Shown: positions 38,394 to 49,246, counted from the first letter of the stretch. The stretch: DNA of 50,436 nt from an uncultured Solobacterium sp. (GCA_938041275.1 CALISH010000055.1:1-50436), one strand, 5' to 3'. The notes: generated by a model not told the origin, from the sequence alone. A program made the numbers and translations.

Positions 38394-39329
38394 ATGATGA
38401 CAAAGAAGAGAATTGCATATATTGGTGCAGGACCTGCAACCTTATATAGTATTCAGACACTTTTAAAACTTGGTGAATACGATGTTGAAGTATTTGATAT
38501 GAATGATCGTGCTGGTGGGGCTTGTTATACAGGGATTCCACAGTTTCGCTTCAATACAAGTTTTATTGATAAGTTGATGGATGAACTTACATCTGCAGGT
38601 GTAAAATTTCATTTCCAGACGACAATTGGAAAAGATATCCCATTCAGTGATTTACAAAAGAAGTTTAACCGTATTGTAGTTGCAATCGGTGCCCAAGTAG
38701 AAAATATGTTTGGTCTTGAAGCGAAGGGTGGCTGTATTGCAGGGTTAACCTTACTGCATGATTTAAACATTAAACACATGCATGATTTCTACAAGGAAAA
38801 TTACAAACACGCCGTTGTGTGGGGTGGTGGTAACGTTGCGATGGACTGCTCAAGAAGTCTTGTGCGTATCATGTATGATGTAAAGATTATCTATCGTCGT
38901 AGCGAAGCAGAGATGCCAGCGCACAAGGGAGAAATCAAAGATGCACGCAATGAAGGAGTTACCTTTCATTTCCTAGAGAATATTAAAGAAGTATTGCGTG
39001 ATGAAACTGGTAAAGTAACTGGTGTGAAGGTTATTACTATGGAGCTTGGTGAACCAGATGAAAGTGGAAGAAGATCAACCCATGAGGTAGAAGGTAGTGA
39101 GCATATCATTCCATGCGATTTGGTTGTGGCAGCGATTGGACAGAAAGTAGACTTCAGTGTTCTCGACAAAAATCTAAATTTGACTTCTGGTCAACACCAG
39201 AGTACAATAGAAAATGTACTCATTGTAGGGGATGCCTATTTAGGTCCTCAATCAATCGCAGCCGCAATTAAAGACGGGCGAGAAGTTGCGAAAGAAGTAC
39301 ATGAATCGTTTATTGAAACAGAAAGATAG
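38394..39329 (+). CDS. GltD/SudA-like FAD-dependent NAD(P)H oxidoreductase lacking the N-terminal Fe-S domain
   Basis: GAGPA, GIPQFR, GGGNVAMDC, YRRSEAEMPA, GEPDESGRR, AIGQ, GD...GP motifs. Confidence 0.85.
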   Translation: MMTKKRIAYIGAGPATLYSIQTLLKLGEYDVEVFDMNDRAGGACYTGIPQFRFNTSFIDKLMDELTSAGVKFHFQTTIGKDIPFSDLQKKFNRIVVAIGAQVENMFGLEAKGGCIAGLTLLHDLNIKHMHDFYKENYKHAVVWGGGNVAMDCSRSLVRIMYDVKIIYRRSEAEMPAHKGEIKDARNEGVTFHFLENIKEVLRDETGKVTGVKVITMELGEPDESGRRSTHEVEGSEHIIPCDLVVAAIGQKVDFSVLDKNLNLTSGQHQSTIENVLIVGDAYLGPQSIAAAIKDGREVAKEVHESFIETER

Positions 39330-39339
39330 AGGGAATGAT

Positions 39340-39687
39340 ATGGATAAATATCGTGTTGGAATTAATATGTTGGTAGCTGCCGCAATCCTTAGAGCACTTA
39401 TATTATGTACACCACTAGGTTGGTTAGCGGTTATTAGATTGTTCTTAAACATTGCATGTTTAGTAATCGTGATTGGTGGTCTATGGTACTTATACCAAGC
39501 AACTGGTGGACAAAAGGTTACAAATGGTTTGATTTACACAGTGCTTGCGATGGTAGCTTATCGTGTTATGTTAGGGATCATTCATAGTATTCTAGGTGGT
39601 ATTATCACACTTGTAATTGTGGTATGTGCTCTATGTTACTTACGTGTATACAAGTACGAAGATATCTTAAAATTTGTAAAACAATAA
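39340..39687 (+). CDS. Small hypothetical membrane protein (about 4 TM)
   Basis: Start at MDKYR after RBS AGAGGG; hydrophobic throughout. Confidence 0.7.
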   Translation: MDKYRVGINMLVAAAILRALILCTPLGWLAVIRLFLNIACLVIVIGGLWYLYQATGGQKVTNGLIYTVLAMVAYRVMLGIIHSILGGIITLVIVVCALCYLRVYKYEDILKFVKQ

Positions 39688-39692
39688 AGAAA

Positions 39693-39728
39693 TAGCGCAG
39701 AATCTTTCGATTCTACGCTAATTTTTTT
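39693..39728. terminator. Bidirectional terminator
   Basis: TAGCGCAGAATC/GATTCTACGCTA imperfect stem plus T-tract. Confidence 0.65.
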
Positions 39729-41097
39729 ACTTAATAAATGTGCTGATATAACCTTGGATGAAGATCCATAGGACGATAAGCGGAATGATATAGGAGATAT
39801 ATAGACGTGTCCATGCAGGAAACTTGATTCCTTTTCCTTCGTTGGCTTCTTGAATAAAGTTCTTGAAGCCCCATCCGTATTTGCTGGTGCAGAATAATAG
39901 GAAGATCAAAGATCCAAGTGGTAGTAGGTTATTACTAACGATGAAGTCTTCTAAGTCCATAATATTTGTGCCTGCACCTAACGGTGTGATGTTCTGTAAT
40001 AGATTAAATCCCAGAATACATGGTAGTGATAATACGATGATAACGACCGCATTGATGAGTGAGGATTTCTTAACAGATATCTTTGTTAGGTCAGAGCTAA
40101 AGCCAATCATATTTTGGAAGATGGCAATGACTGTTGAGAGTGCCGCAAATGCCATGAAGAGGAAGAATAGTGCCCCCCATAATTGTCCTAAAAACATATG
40201 GTTGAAAATATTTGGTAGTGTCACAAAGATGAGTTTTGGACCCTGTGATGGTTCTACGCCGAAGGCGAAACATGCTGGAAAGATAATGAATCCTGCCATA
40301 ATTGCCACAAGTGTATCGAGTCCTAATACATGTAGTGCTTCACCAGTGAGTGCGTGTTTTTTATCAATATAGCTACCGAAAATCGTCATTGCACCAATAC
40401 CGATACTGAGTGTAAAGAAGGATTGTCCTAGCGCTGCGAAGATAACTTTACCGATACCAACTTCTTGAATGGCTGCTAGGTTTGGTTTGAGGTAGAATTC
40501 AAGTCCTGCCTGTCCTCCTTTTAAGAAGATGGAGTTGATACCTAGTGCTACCATCAAGATGAGTAGGGCGACCATCATCTTAGAAGTGATTTTTTCGACT
40601 CCGTTTTGTAGACCCATTGAGCAGATACCAAAACAGAGTATGACTGTAATTGCCATGAAGATAAACATTGTAAGTGGTTGACTCATTAGACTGCTGAATT
40701 GTTCACCAACTGCAGTTGCGTCTAAACCATTGAAGTCACCACGTAGTGTTTTGAAGAAGTAAAGTAATAACCAACCTGTAATCGTTGTGTAATACATTGC
40801 AAGTAAGTAGTTACCACCCATACCAAACCATTTGTAGATATGCCACTTAGTTCCTTTTGGCTCTAATTCATTAAAGGCAAGAGCGATACTTTTTTGGCTA
40901 GCTCTACCGACAGCGTATTCCATAATGATGATTGGTAGACCTAGTAATATTAAACATGCAATATAGATTAGTACGAAGGCTGCACCTCCGTATTGTCCAA
41001 CGATATACGGAAATCTCCATACATTGCCTAAGCCGATTGCACAACCTGCGGATAGTAAGATGAAGCCGAGGCGTGATGAGAGTTTTTCACGTTGCAT
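39727..41097 (-). CDS. Sodium-dependent amino-acid transporter (NSS/SNF family)
   Basis: SRLGFILLSAGCAIGLGNVWRFPY, GGAAF, GQSFFTLSIG, GPKLIFVTLP. Confidence 0.95.
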   Translation of the reverse strand: MQREKLSSRLGFILLSAGCAIGLGNVWRFPYIVGQYGGAAFVLIYIACLILLGLPIIIMEYAVGRASQKSIALAFNELEPKGTKWHIYKWFGMGGNYLLAMYYTTITGWLLLYFFKTLRGDFNGLDATAVGEQFSSLMSQPLTMFIFMAITVILCFGICSMGLQNGVEKITSKMMVALLILMVALGINSIFLKGGQAGLEFYLKPNLAAIQEVGIGKVIFAALGQSFFTLSIGIGAMTIFGSYIDKKHALTGEALHVLGLDTLVAIMAGFIIFPACFAFGVEPSQGPKLIFVTLPNIFNHMFLGQLWGALFFLFMAFAALSTVIAIFQNMIGFSSDLTKISVKKSSLINAVVIIVLSLPCILGFNLLQNITPLGAGTNIMDLEDFIVSNNLLPLGSLIFLLFCTSKYGWGFKNFIQEANEGKGIKFPAWTRLYISYIIPLIVLWIFIQGYISTFIK

Positions 41098-41175
41098 AAT
41101 TGATCCCCCTTAGTAATGTTCATATCATAACAAATTCTATTTAAAGTTTGATAGGAAAAATGTAATAAAAATGAA

Positions 41176-41216
41176 AAAAAGATACAGTTTTATGAAAATA
41201 ATTACTGTATCTTTTT
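41176..41216 (-). terminator. Terminator of the PTS IIBCA gene
   Basis: AAAAAGATACAGT...ACTGTATCTTTTT. Confidence 0.7.
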
Positions 41217-41237
41217 CAAAACATAATATTTTTTTGG

Positions 41238-43103
41238 TTATGCGGCTTTTTCAATCTTTTCGAAATTTGCACTATTTGTTAATACGACGATAACTGTATC
41301 TGGATGATTTGCGTCTTTGATCTTAGCACGGTCGAATGTAAGAAGCTTATCACCTGCGTGGATGACATCATCTTGTTTTACGAATGCTTCAAAGCCTTCG
41401 CCATTCATTTGTACTGTATCAACACCTACGTGAATGAGTACTTCTAAACCGTCCTTGGATTGTAATCCAATTGCGTGTTTTGTAGGGAATAGCATCATGA
41501 CTGTTCCATCAAATGGCGCATATACAGTTCCTTCTGTTGGGACAATACCAACGGATTGACCCATTGCTTCACCTGCAAAGACTGGATCAGGTATTTCACT
41601 TGCAGGAATAACTTTTCCTTTTACTGGGGAAAGGACGGTGCCTTTTTCTGTTGTGATAATTATTTCTGCTTGTGGCGTTACTGGAGAAGGAGTAGATGTT
41701 GTGGTTGTTTCTGGCTCTACACCATCATTTTCTTTCCAGAATAAGAATGTTAATACAAAGGATGTTCCACCTGCTACAAGTAGCAGGATTGTATATGTAA
41801 GTGGGTTTGATGCGATGAGGTAACCTGGAATACCAGTTACACCGTTAGCTGTTGCGCCAATGTGGAAGATAGCTCCAACTAAGGCACCGATTGCACCACC
41901 AACTGCTGCGAATACAAATGGCTTCATCAAGCGTAGGTTGACACCGAAGATTGCTGGTTCTGTAATACCTAAGGAAGCAGAGAGTGCGGATGGGATAGCA
42001 ATTGTCTTACGCTTTGCGTTCTTAGTCTTTAGACCTACTGCCAAGCAGGCACCAAACTGTGCGAAGTTTGCGGCAGAAGCAATTGGCATCCATGTGTTTA
42101 ATGCACCAGTACTGAGCATACCTAACTCAATTGTGTTGTACATGTGGTGTAGTCCCATAACAACTGTGATTGGGTAAAGAGCACCCATTGCTAGAGCGCC
42201 GAATGGGTTAGCAACTAACACTGTTGCGGCGGATAATACCCAACTTTCAAGTGTTGCGAAAATTGGACCGATGACCATGAATGTGGCTAAAGCAGTTACG
42301 ATAACAGTTGTAAGTGGTGTTACAAATAAGTCGATCATCTCAGGTACAATCTTGTGTAACTTAATTTCGAGCTTACTCATAACCCATACTGCAATCACAA
42401 CTGGAATAACGTGACCTTGGTAACCTAACTGATTGACTTGTCCAAGTGTGTAGCCGAAGAGGTTAATACCCTTACCCAATAGATACCAAACATTGTATCC
42501 ATCTGCAGCATTCCAGCCGTTTGTAAGTGCTGGGTGGACCATCATCAGTCCGATGACTGCGCCTAAGAAGATATTTCCGCCGAATACATGTGCTGCAGAT
42601 ACCGCAACAAGTACTGGTAAGAATGCGAAGGATGTATTAGAAGCCATGTCTAAGAATGCATACCAGTCAGTAGATGCAAAGGAAGGAATTGCCTTACCTA
42701 ACGCCTCTACAAGACCCATCATTAAGCCTGCAGCTACGATAGCTGGTAGGATAGGTACGAATACATCGCCGAGTGTCTTGATTAATTGTTTCCACCATGG
42801 CATTTGAGAAGCTGCAGCAGCTTTCACATCTTCCTTACTGCCACCAGTTACTCCACTGATTGCAATAAATTCATCGTAAACCTTATTTACAGTACCGGTA
42901 CCGATAATAATCTGTAATTGTCCACTAGAATTAAATACGCCTTGTACACCCTGTACATTTTCTAATGTCTTTACGTCAACCTTACTGTTATCCGCAATGA
43001 CGAGACGTAAGCGTGTAGCACAGTGGGCAGCACTGATAATGTTGTCTTTACCACCAAGAGTTGCAAAGATTTCCTCTGCACATTTTCTATAGTTTAGTTC
43101 CAT
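41238..43103 (-). CDS. PTS sucrose/trehalose/beta-glucoside-family EIIBCA (ScrA-like)
   Basis: AHCATRLR (EIIB), GYQGHVIP, GLHH, LGITEPAIFG (EIIC), FPTKHAIG..LIHVGVDTV (EIIA). Confidence 0.92.
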   Translation of the reverse strand: MELNYRKCAEEIFATLGGKDNIISAAHCATRLRLVIADNSKVDVKTLENVQGVQGVFNSSGQLQIIIGTGTVNKVYDEFIAISGVTGGSKEDVKAAAASQMPWWKQLIKTLGDVFVPILPAIVAAGLMMGLVEALGKAIPSFASTDWYAFLDMASNTSFAFLPVLVAVSAAHVFGGNIFLGAVIGLMMVHPALTNGWNAADGYNVWYLLGKGINLFGYTLGQVNQLGYQGHVIPVVIAVWVMSKLEIKLHKIVPEMIDLFVTPLTTVIVTALATFMVIGPIFATLESWVLSAATVLVANPFGALAMGALYPITVVMGLHHMYNTIELGMLSTGALNTWMPIASAANFAQFGACLAVGLKTKNAKRKTIAIPSALSASLGITEPAIFGVNLRLMKPFVFAAVGGAIGALVGAIFHIGATANGVTGIPGYLIASNPLTYTILLLVAGGTSFVLTFLFWKENDGVEPETTTTSTPSPVTPQAEIIITTEKGTVLSPVKGKVIPASEIPDPVFAGEAMGQSVGIVPTEGTVYAPFDGTVMMLFPTKHAIGLQSKDGLEVLIHVGVDTVQMNGEGFEAFVKQDDVIHAGDKLLTFDRAKIKDANHPDTVIVVLTNSANFEKIEKAA

Positions 43104-43238
43104 AAATGAGCCCCCTTCTTTTTCGTATCATAGCTCGGTATCATTTTACAATAAAAACGAAAAAGAAAAATAGATGATTGTTGTAAAATGACACAATAGA
43201 TATGTTAATACGACAAAAAAGCATAAGAATACTCTCTC

Positions 43239-45272
43239 TTATGCTTTGTTGTCTATACGATATTGATTTGGTGTGCTACCTGTATGTTTCTTGAAGAATG
43301 TATAGAAGTAGTTAGAGTTTTCAATGCCTAGTTTTGATGAGATTTCTAACGTAGATAAATCTGTTTCAACGAGGAGTTTCTTTGCGAGTTCTACACGACT
43401 GACATTGATGTATTCTTTCATTGACATTGCATACTGTGATTTGAAGATTCGATTTAGGTACGTTGCGTTATAATCCATCGATAATGCGACGCTATCTGCA
43501 GTTAAATCAGTATCACATAAGTGTTGGTCAATATAATTCTTTGCATTAGAGATTAGATCGAGTATCTTCTCTTCTTTCATATCCGTAAGATACTGACTGT
43601 ATGCATGCATGAGATGTAGAATATACTGATTAATCTCTTGGATGTCCGTGGTTGTACTCAGTTTATTTTCAAACTGATACGTTGGTAAACTTGGAATCGA
43701 AGAGATAGAACGGATGCGGTCACGTAAGCCAGAATATAACTTTGTATAGAAGAATTGTAGGGAATTATAGTGTAAGGATTTCATTAGACTAAACCACTCT
43801 TGGAAGGTTGCAGTAATTTCTTCCTCACGTCCGTGTTCAACTGTATAGAGTAAACGTTGTTCGGTTTCTTGAATCGTAGAGAAGTTTGTCATGAAGTGCG
43901 GCATATCTGATTCACGATAGAAGAACTTCGTGGAATCGAGAATACGCAAGAAATATAGTTGTGATAATTTTTGATATGAAGTATAAACTTTTGATAGTGG
44001 TTTAGCATCGCCTAGGAATACTTTGATGTGATGCGTTTTTGCGTAATTTGATAGTGCCTCAACATCTACCTCATTTGTGATAACTGTGTAGAGGTTATTG
44101 ATGGAATGTACTTCTTTCTTCTCACCGAATAGAGTGAGAATATGATTGTTTGATAAACTATCTAGGATACAGATATAAATATCTTTCGTTGTATCAAAGT
44201 CGAGGGAGTTTCTTAACAGAGGAAGTTTTTGGTTTAGGAGTAACTTGGTCAGATAATCCTGTTTGGCTTTATGAGTTGCTTCTTCCATCTTGTGTTGTTG
44301 GTCGTGAATCCAAAGTGTAACTGCGTTATTAACAGAGCTTTTGGAAGATGATTTCAGTTCAAACTTATCCATAATTTCATAGAGCGGTGTGTAGTAGTAC
44401 TTATTAATAAAGTAACCTAGTATCACTATCAAAATAAAGTTGATTACAATAATCTCTAAGAATAAAGGCACATAGGACGAGAAACGGTTGATGATACTGT
44501 TTGATTTTACCTGTTTGGCGATATAGAGATCATAGTCTGGTTGATATGAGTAGAAGTATACAGCATCATCGATAGTCTTGAAGTGACTATCATTATCAGA
44601 TGTAAAATTTAGGGTTTCAATTGGTAGATATGCATCTCCTGTAGAGCTAAAATAGGTATCCTGTTCTGGAACATAGATGAATTCTGTCGCATCGGTATCT
44701 CTAAATAAGGAACGGTTAAAGAGATATGTATCAATATTGACGACCATAGATACATCTGTATCACGAATACCAGTAAATTGTAATGTATAGACCCAAACTT
44801 GATTTGGCAGTTGACGCAACTTTAGTAAATGGTTATTTGGGGTGAACGCAGATTGATCATCAAATTGGTCAAATGAAGATGAACCAGCATTGGTTGTATA
44901 TACCGTGTTGGATGACTTATTCAAAAGATAAATCGAATGAATAAATGGATTCGTACTATCTAGCGCATGAAGAGTACGTAGGTACTTTGCGGCTTGGGTA
45001 GGAGAGATATCTGTTGCGTTACGTAGACTGATAGCTTCACTGGAGTAGAATGTATTATAGGCAGCATAACGAACCGTATCCAATGAGTGGGCCATCAGAT
45101 TTTTAAAGCTTTCTTGGGTACTTAAGTGATAATCAATCAGACTCTTTTTTCTAGAATCATTAATATTTTTGAGTAGAAGTAGGCTGACGAAGATAAAAAA
45201 TAACGCGACAATGAGAATTAATCGCTTACGTAATCTATCGATACTATTTTGTAGTTTTGTGGATTCATTCAT
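43239..45272 (-). CDS. Membrane-anchored AraC-family regulator with extracytoplasmic sensor (YesS-like)
   Basis: Two TM segments around a sensor region; C-terminal AraC HTHs (YLNRIFK, YFYTFFKKHTGSTPNQYR). Start uncertain (ATG 45272 vs GTG 45314, which directly abuts a TGnTATTAT -10). Confidence 0.85.
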   Translation of the reverse strand: MNESTKLQNSIDRLRKRLILIVALFFIFVSLLLLKNINDSRKKSLIDYHLSTQESFKNLMAHSLDTVRYAAYNTFYSSEAISLRNATDISPTQAAKYLRTLHALDSTNPFIHSIYLLNKSSNTVYTTNAGSSSFDQFDDQSAFTPNNHLLKLRQLPNQVWVYTLQFTGIRDTDVSMVVNIDTYLFNRSLFRDTDATEFIYVPEQDTYFSSTGDAYLPIETLNFTSDNDSHFKTIDDAVYFYSYQPDYDLYIAKQVKSNSIINRFSSYVPLFLEIIVINFILIVILGYFINKYYYTPLYEIMDKFELKSSSKSSVNNAVTLWIHDQQHKMEEATHKAKQDYLTKLLLNQKLPLLRNSLDFDTTKDIYICILDSLSNNHILTLFGEKKEVHSINNLYTVITNEVDVEALSNYAKTHHIKVFLGDAKPLSKVYTSYQKLSQLYFLRILDSTKFFYRESDMPHFMTNFSTIQETEQRLLYTVEHGREEEITATFQEWFSLMKSLHYNSLQFFYTKLYSGLRDRIRSISSIPSLPTYQFENKLSTTTDIQEINQYILHLMHAYSQYLTDMKEEKILDLISNAKNYIDQHLCDTDLTADSVALSMDYNATYLNRIFKSQYAMSMKEYINVSRVELAKKLLVETDLSTLEISSKLGIENSNYFYTFFKKHTGSTPNQYRIDNKA

Positions 45273-45397
45273 ATAATAGGCACTTTTCTGGATGTTTAAA
45301 TATTTGATATTCACATAATATCACAATTTTTAAGTTTTAAATATGTTTGAGTCTTCCTACAATATGATTAGTAAGTGAACTCAGGAGGAAAGAAATC

Positions 45398-46426
45398 ATG
45401 AAAAAATTTTTCTTACTACTTGCGGCATCCGCAATGTTAATTGGATGCACAAATAAACCTGCAACAACTTCCACAACAACAACTGAAAACACAAACTCAG
45501 GTGGAAAGTCAAAGGTTATGTTGTACTCATCATTAAAGGAACAACAATTAGAAGCTTTGAAAGAGGGATTTGAAGCTGCTCACCCAGAGTATTCTTTAGA
45601 CTATTACGCAGCTGGCACATCTAAGGTTGCGACAAAGATTGCGACAGAAAAGCAGTCTGGTCAAATCGCAACTGACTTAGTATGGATTGGTGACCCATCC
45701 AACTATGTAACATTCAAGGAACAGGGTATCTTAGAAGCTTATGAATCTCCAGAAGCTGCTAATATCGATGAAAAGTTCAAAGATCCAGAACACTTCTATA
45801 CAGGCGCACGTCTTGTAGTTATGGGATTAACAACAAATACAAATACAGTTCCAGAAAATGAAGTTCCAAAGACTTGGAAAGACTTATTAAAGGATGACTT
45901 CAAGGGCCAAATCGTTATGACAGACCCAGGTGAATCTGGAACAACATTCTACTTAGTAGCTAGCTTGATGAACAATCCAGAATATGGTGTTGAATTCTTC
46001 GAGAAGTTAAAGGAACATGGTGCTGAATTAGAATCAGGTACAACTTCTACACATACAAAGGTAGCTGCAGCAGCTTATAAGGTAGCAGTTGGTGTTGACT
46101 ACGTTACACAATCTCTAGCAGATAAGGGTTCTACAATTCGTTTCACATATCCAGAAAAGGATCTAATCGCTGTATCTAGTCCAATCGCATTACTCAAAGA
46201 CTCACCAAACCCAGAAGGTGGTAAGGCTTTATATGACTACATCCTTTCTAAGGAAGGACAAGAAATTCTTGCGAAAAATGACACAATGCCAATCCGTGGA
46301 GATGTTAAGAAGGAAGGCACACTATCATTAGATGAAATTATCGCTCGTGCAATGGTTGCGGATGATAAGGCAATCGCTGAACAGAGCGCAGAAATCTTAG
46401 AGAAGTTCGACAAGATTTTCAAATAA
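45398..46426 (+). CDS. ABC substrate-binding lipoprotein (Fe3+/AfuA/thiamine-like cluster)
   Basis: LIGC lipobox, LYSS, DLVWIGD, PKTWKDLL, DP.ESGT, YILSKEGQ. Confidence 0.88.
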   Translation: MKKFFLLLAASAMLIGCTNKPATTSTTTTENTNSGGKSKVMLYSSLKEQQLEALKEGFEAAHPEYSLDYYAAGTSKVATKIATEKQSGQIATDLVWIGDPSNYVTFKEQGILEAYESPEAANIDEKFKDPEHFYTGARLVVMGLTTNTNTVPENEVPKTWKDLLKDDFKGQIVMTDPGESGTTFYLVASLMNNPEYGVEFFEKLKEHGAELESGTTSTHTKVAAAAYKVAVGVDYVTQSLADKGSTIRFTYPEKDLIAVSSPIALLKDSPNPEGGKALYDYILSKEGQEILAKNDTMPIRGDVKKEGTLSLDEIIARAMVADDKAIAEQSAEILEKFDKIFK

Positions 46427-46443
46427 ACAACTAGGAGAAAACC

Positions 46444-47520
46444 ATGGCAAAAGTACAATTTAACGACGTATCTTTTAGCTATGGAGACAAAAAGATTATC
46501 CAAAACCTATCATTAGAAGTAAATGATGGCGAAATTATGGGTGTAATTGGACCCTCAGGGTGCGGTAAAACTACATTGATTAGACTTCTCTGTGGTTTTA
46601 TCAAGCCTGAAACAGGGTCCATTTTTATTGGAGAAACTTGTGTCTTCGACGCTAAAAAGAGAATTAATATCCCACCAGAAAGAAGAAATATTGGCGTTGT
46701 ATTCCAAGACTATGCGGTATGGCCACATTTAACAGTATTGGAAAACGTAAAGTATCCATTAAAGAAGAAGAGAATGGATAAGAAACAAATGCAGGAAATC
46801 GCAATGAATGCGCTCAAGCAGGTACAGATGGAAACTTATGCAAACCATCTACCTTCACAGTTATCTGGTGGACAACAGCAGCGTGTAGCGATTGCTCGTG
46901 CACTTGTATCATCAAAAGAATTAATTGTTTTAGACGAGCCAATTACTAACTTAGACTTGAAACTACGTCAAGAGATGTTGAAGGAAATTCGTGAAATTCA
47001 AAAGACAATTGGTACAACAATCGTTTATATCTCTCATGACCAAGAAGCTTCTTTAGAGTTATGTGATCGTCTTGCGATTATGGACCAACAGGGTAATATC
47101 CGTCAGTTAGGTAATGATTACGATATCGTTATGAAGCCTAAGGATCGTTATATCTTTGAATTTGTAGGTATTTCTAACTTCGTAGATGTTGTAGCGAAAG
47201 AAGATGGCGTATATATCAATGCACAGAATGGTTTAGTGAAGCTAGATGATAAGTCTGCGCTGGAAAATCCAACAAAGGCATATCAATTAGCATTTAGACC
47301 AATGGATGCAGTATTTGATAACGAAAGTCCTATTAAGGGTAAGGTAGTTACAGAAACTTTCCTAGGAAATATTACAAACTACTTTATTCAATTAGGTGAT
47401 AAACAAATCCGTCTTCAACAATCTGCTTTAGATGTAATGAAGTACGGCAAAGCAAAGGAAGGCCAAGAAGTTGGCTTGAAGTTTGTTCGTAAGTTCTATT
47501 ATGAAAAGGAGGAGGCATAA
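46444..47520 (+). CDS. ABC transporter ATP-binding protein (PotA/FbpC-like) 1
   Basis: GPSGCGKT, VFQDYAVWPH, LSGGQQQRVAIARAL, LDEP, SHDQ; C-terminal TOBE-like region. Confidence 0.93.
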   Translation: MAKVQFNDVSFSYGDKKIIQNLSLEVNDGEIMGVIGPSGCGKTTLIRLLCGFIKPETGSIFIGETCVFDAKKRINIPPERRNIGVVFQDYAVWPHLTVLENVKYPLKKKRMDKKQMQEIAMNALKQVQMETYANHLPSQLSGGQQQRVAIARALVSSKELIVLDEPITNLDLKLRQEMLKEIREIQKTIGTTIVYISHDQEASLELCDRLAIMDQQGNIRQLGNDYDIVMKPKDRYIFEFVGISNFVDVVAKEDGVYINAQNGLVKLDDKSALENPTKAYQLAFRPMDAVFDNESPIKGKVVTETFLGNITNYFIQLGDKQIRLQQSALDVMKYGKAKEGQEVGLKFVRKFYYEKEEA

Positions 47521-49244
47521 TGTTTAAGCGTAAAACATTAAATAATGATTTAGCTGCGCTAGATGGTCGTAAGTTTTCTTTAGATAAAATTATGATTATC
47601 GCAAGCTTTATCATTCTTGCGATTATTGCGATCGTTCCGGTTGCCTCCATTATTGTGAATGCTTTATTCGTGGATGGAAAACTAGCATTAGATAGCTTCT
47701 TCAAAGTTCTATTAAATAAAGAAAACATCGGTGCGATGTGGAATACAATTACCATTGCATTCTGGGTAACAATTTTCGGTACTATCATGGGCTTGTTCTA
47801 TGCATGGTTACTTGGACGTAGTGATATTCCGATGAAGGGATTCATGCGAGCATTGTTTAGTATTCCATACATGTTTCCTCCATTCTTTGGAGCCATGGCT
47901 TGGGACTTATTGTTATCGGGTAGAGGTGGATATTTAAACAACTGGTTAATGACTACCTTCCACTTAACAAAGGCACCTATTAACATCAACTCCATCTGGG
48001 GAATTATCTTCGTTGAAGTTTCTTACTACTTCCCATTTGTATTCATGCAAGTAGTAAGTGCATTAGAAAGAATGGACCCAACGCTTGAAGAATCTGCACG
48101 TATTGCTGGTGCTTCACAGGGTTATGTTATTCGTAAGATTACATTACCACTTGTTAAGCCTGCAATCTCATCTGGTGCGTTATTGATCATGATTTCATCA
48201 TTATCACACTTTGGTGTTCCTTCTATCTTAGGATTCTCACAGAACATCTACACATTACCAACACGTATCTTCCAGCTGATTAACCGTGCAGCTGGTGACT
48301 TCCAAGGTATTCGTGAAGCGACAATTCTATCAATCTTATTGGTTGTTGTTGTATCTGTAGCGCTTGTATTACAGAAGGCTATCTTGAAGTCTGGAAGCTA
48401 TGACATCATCAAGGGTAAGAGTATGCGCCCAACAGTGATTAAATTACGTTCCGCTAAGATTCCTCTCTTGATTATCTCTATCGTGACATTAGTTATCATC
48501 GTTGTTGTACCATTAGGAATGATCTTCTTAGTTGGTCTATTGAAGTCTTATGGTCTACCACTTGTTCCAAGTAACTTCGACTTCAGCAACTACACAAATA
48601 TCTTATTCAACAACAAGATGGTTCGTGATGGTGTTTCCAACTCCTTGATCCTAGCAGTAAGCTCAGGTATCTTTGCAATGTTACTGGGTGTAATGATCGC
48701 GTATGTAATCATCAAGATCAAGCCAAAGGGAAAGGGTGCTTTGGAATTCTTAGCTACACTTCCATACTCTTTACCAGGTACAGTACTTGCAATCGGTGTC
48801 ATTCTTGCATGGTCTGGAAAGATCCTGAATATCAACCTATATAACACGCTATGGATTATCTTCATTGCATATATTGCACGTTACTTGTCGTTCTCTATGA
48901 ACGCAGCTTCCGCTGCCTTAAGACAGGTACACCCATCATTGGAAGAGGCTTCACGTTCTTGCGGTGCTTCTCATACAGAATCCCTCAAGGATATTACACT
49001 TCCACTCATTCGTCCTGCGATGTTATCAGGTTTCTTCCTGATCTTCTTACCAGCAATGCGTGAATTAACAACAAGTTCACTCTTGTATGGACCATATACA
49101 AGAACATTGGGTGTTGCCATCTACATGTTACGTAGTGATGGATATATTACACAGGCTTCAGCACTTGCAACTCTAACAATTTTATTGATTGTTGTTGTGA
49201 ACTGGATTATTAACTTTATTACTAAAGAAAGAAAGGGCGTATAA
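47520..49244 (+). CDS. ABC permease, fused two-domain (FbpB/ThiP-like)
   Basis: Two EAA loops (LEESARIAGAS; LEEASRSCGAS), about 12 TM. Confidence 0.93.
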   Translation: MFKRKTLNNDLAALDGRKFSLDKIMIIASFIILAIIAIVPVASIIVNALFVDGKLALDSFFKVLLNKENIGAMWNTITIAFWVTIFGTIMGLFYAWLLGRSDIPMKGFMRALFSIPYMFPPFFGAMAWDLLLSGRGGYLNNWLMTTFHLTKAPININSIWGIIFVEVSYYFPFVFMQVVSALERMDPTLEESARIAGASQGYVIRKITLPLVKPAISSGALLIMISSLSHFGVPSILGFSQNIYTLPTRIFQLINRAAGDFQGIREATILSILLVVVVSVALVLQKAILKSGSYDIIKGKSMRPTVIKLRSAKIPLLIISIVTLVIIVVVPLGMIFLVGLLKSYGLPLVPSNFDFSNYTNILFNNKMVRDGVSNSLILAVSSGIFAMLLGVMIAYVIIKIKPKGKGALEFLATLPYSLPGTVLAIGVILAWSGKILNINLYNTLWIIFIAYIARYLSFSMNAASAALRQVHPSLEEASRSCGASHTESLKDITLPLIRPAMLSGFFLIFLPAMRELTTSSLLYGPYTRTLGVAIYMLRSDGYITQASALATLTILLIVVVNWIINFITKERKGV

Positions 49245-49246
49245 AT

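Noticed and set aside
39863..40372. 169-aa plus-strand ORF and the many other short antisense ORFs in the track
   Set aside because: They lie inside well-supported genes on the opposite strand or in another frame; typical shadow ORFs without RBS or motifs.
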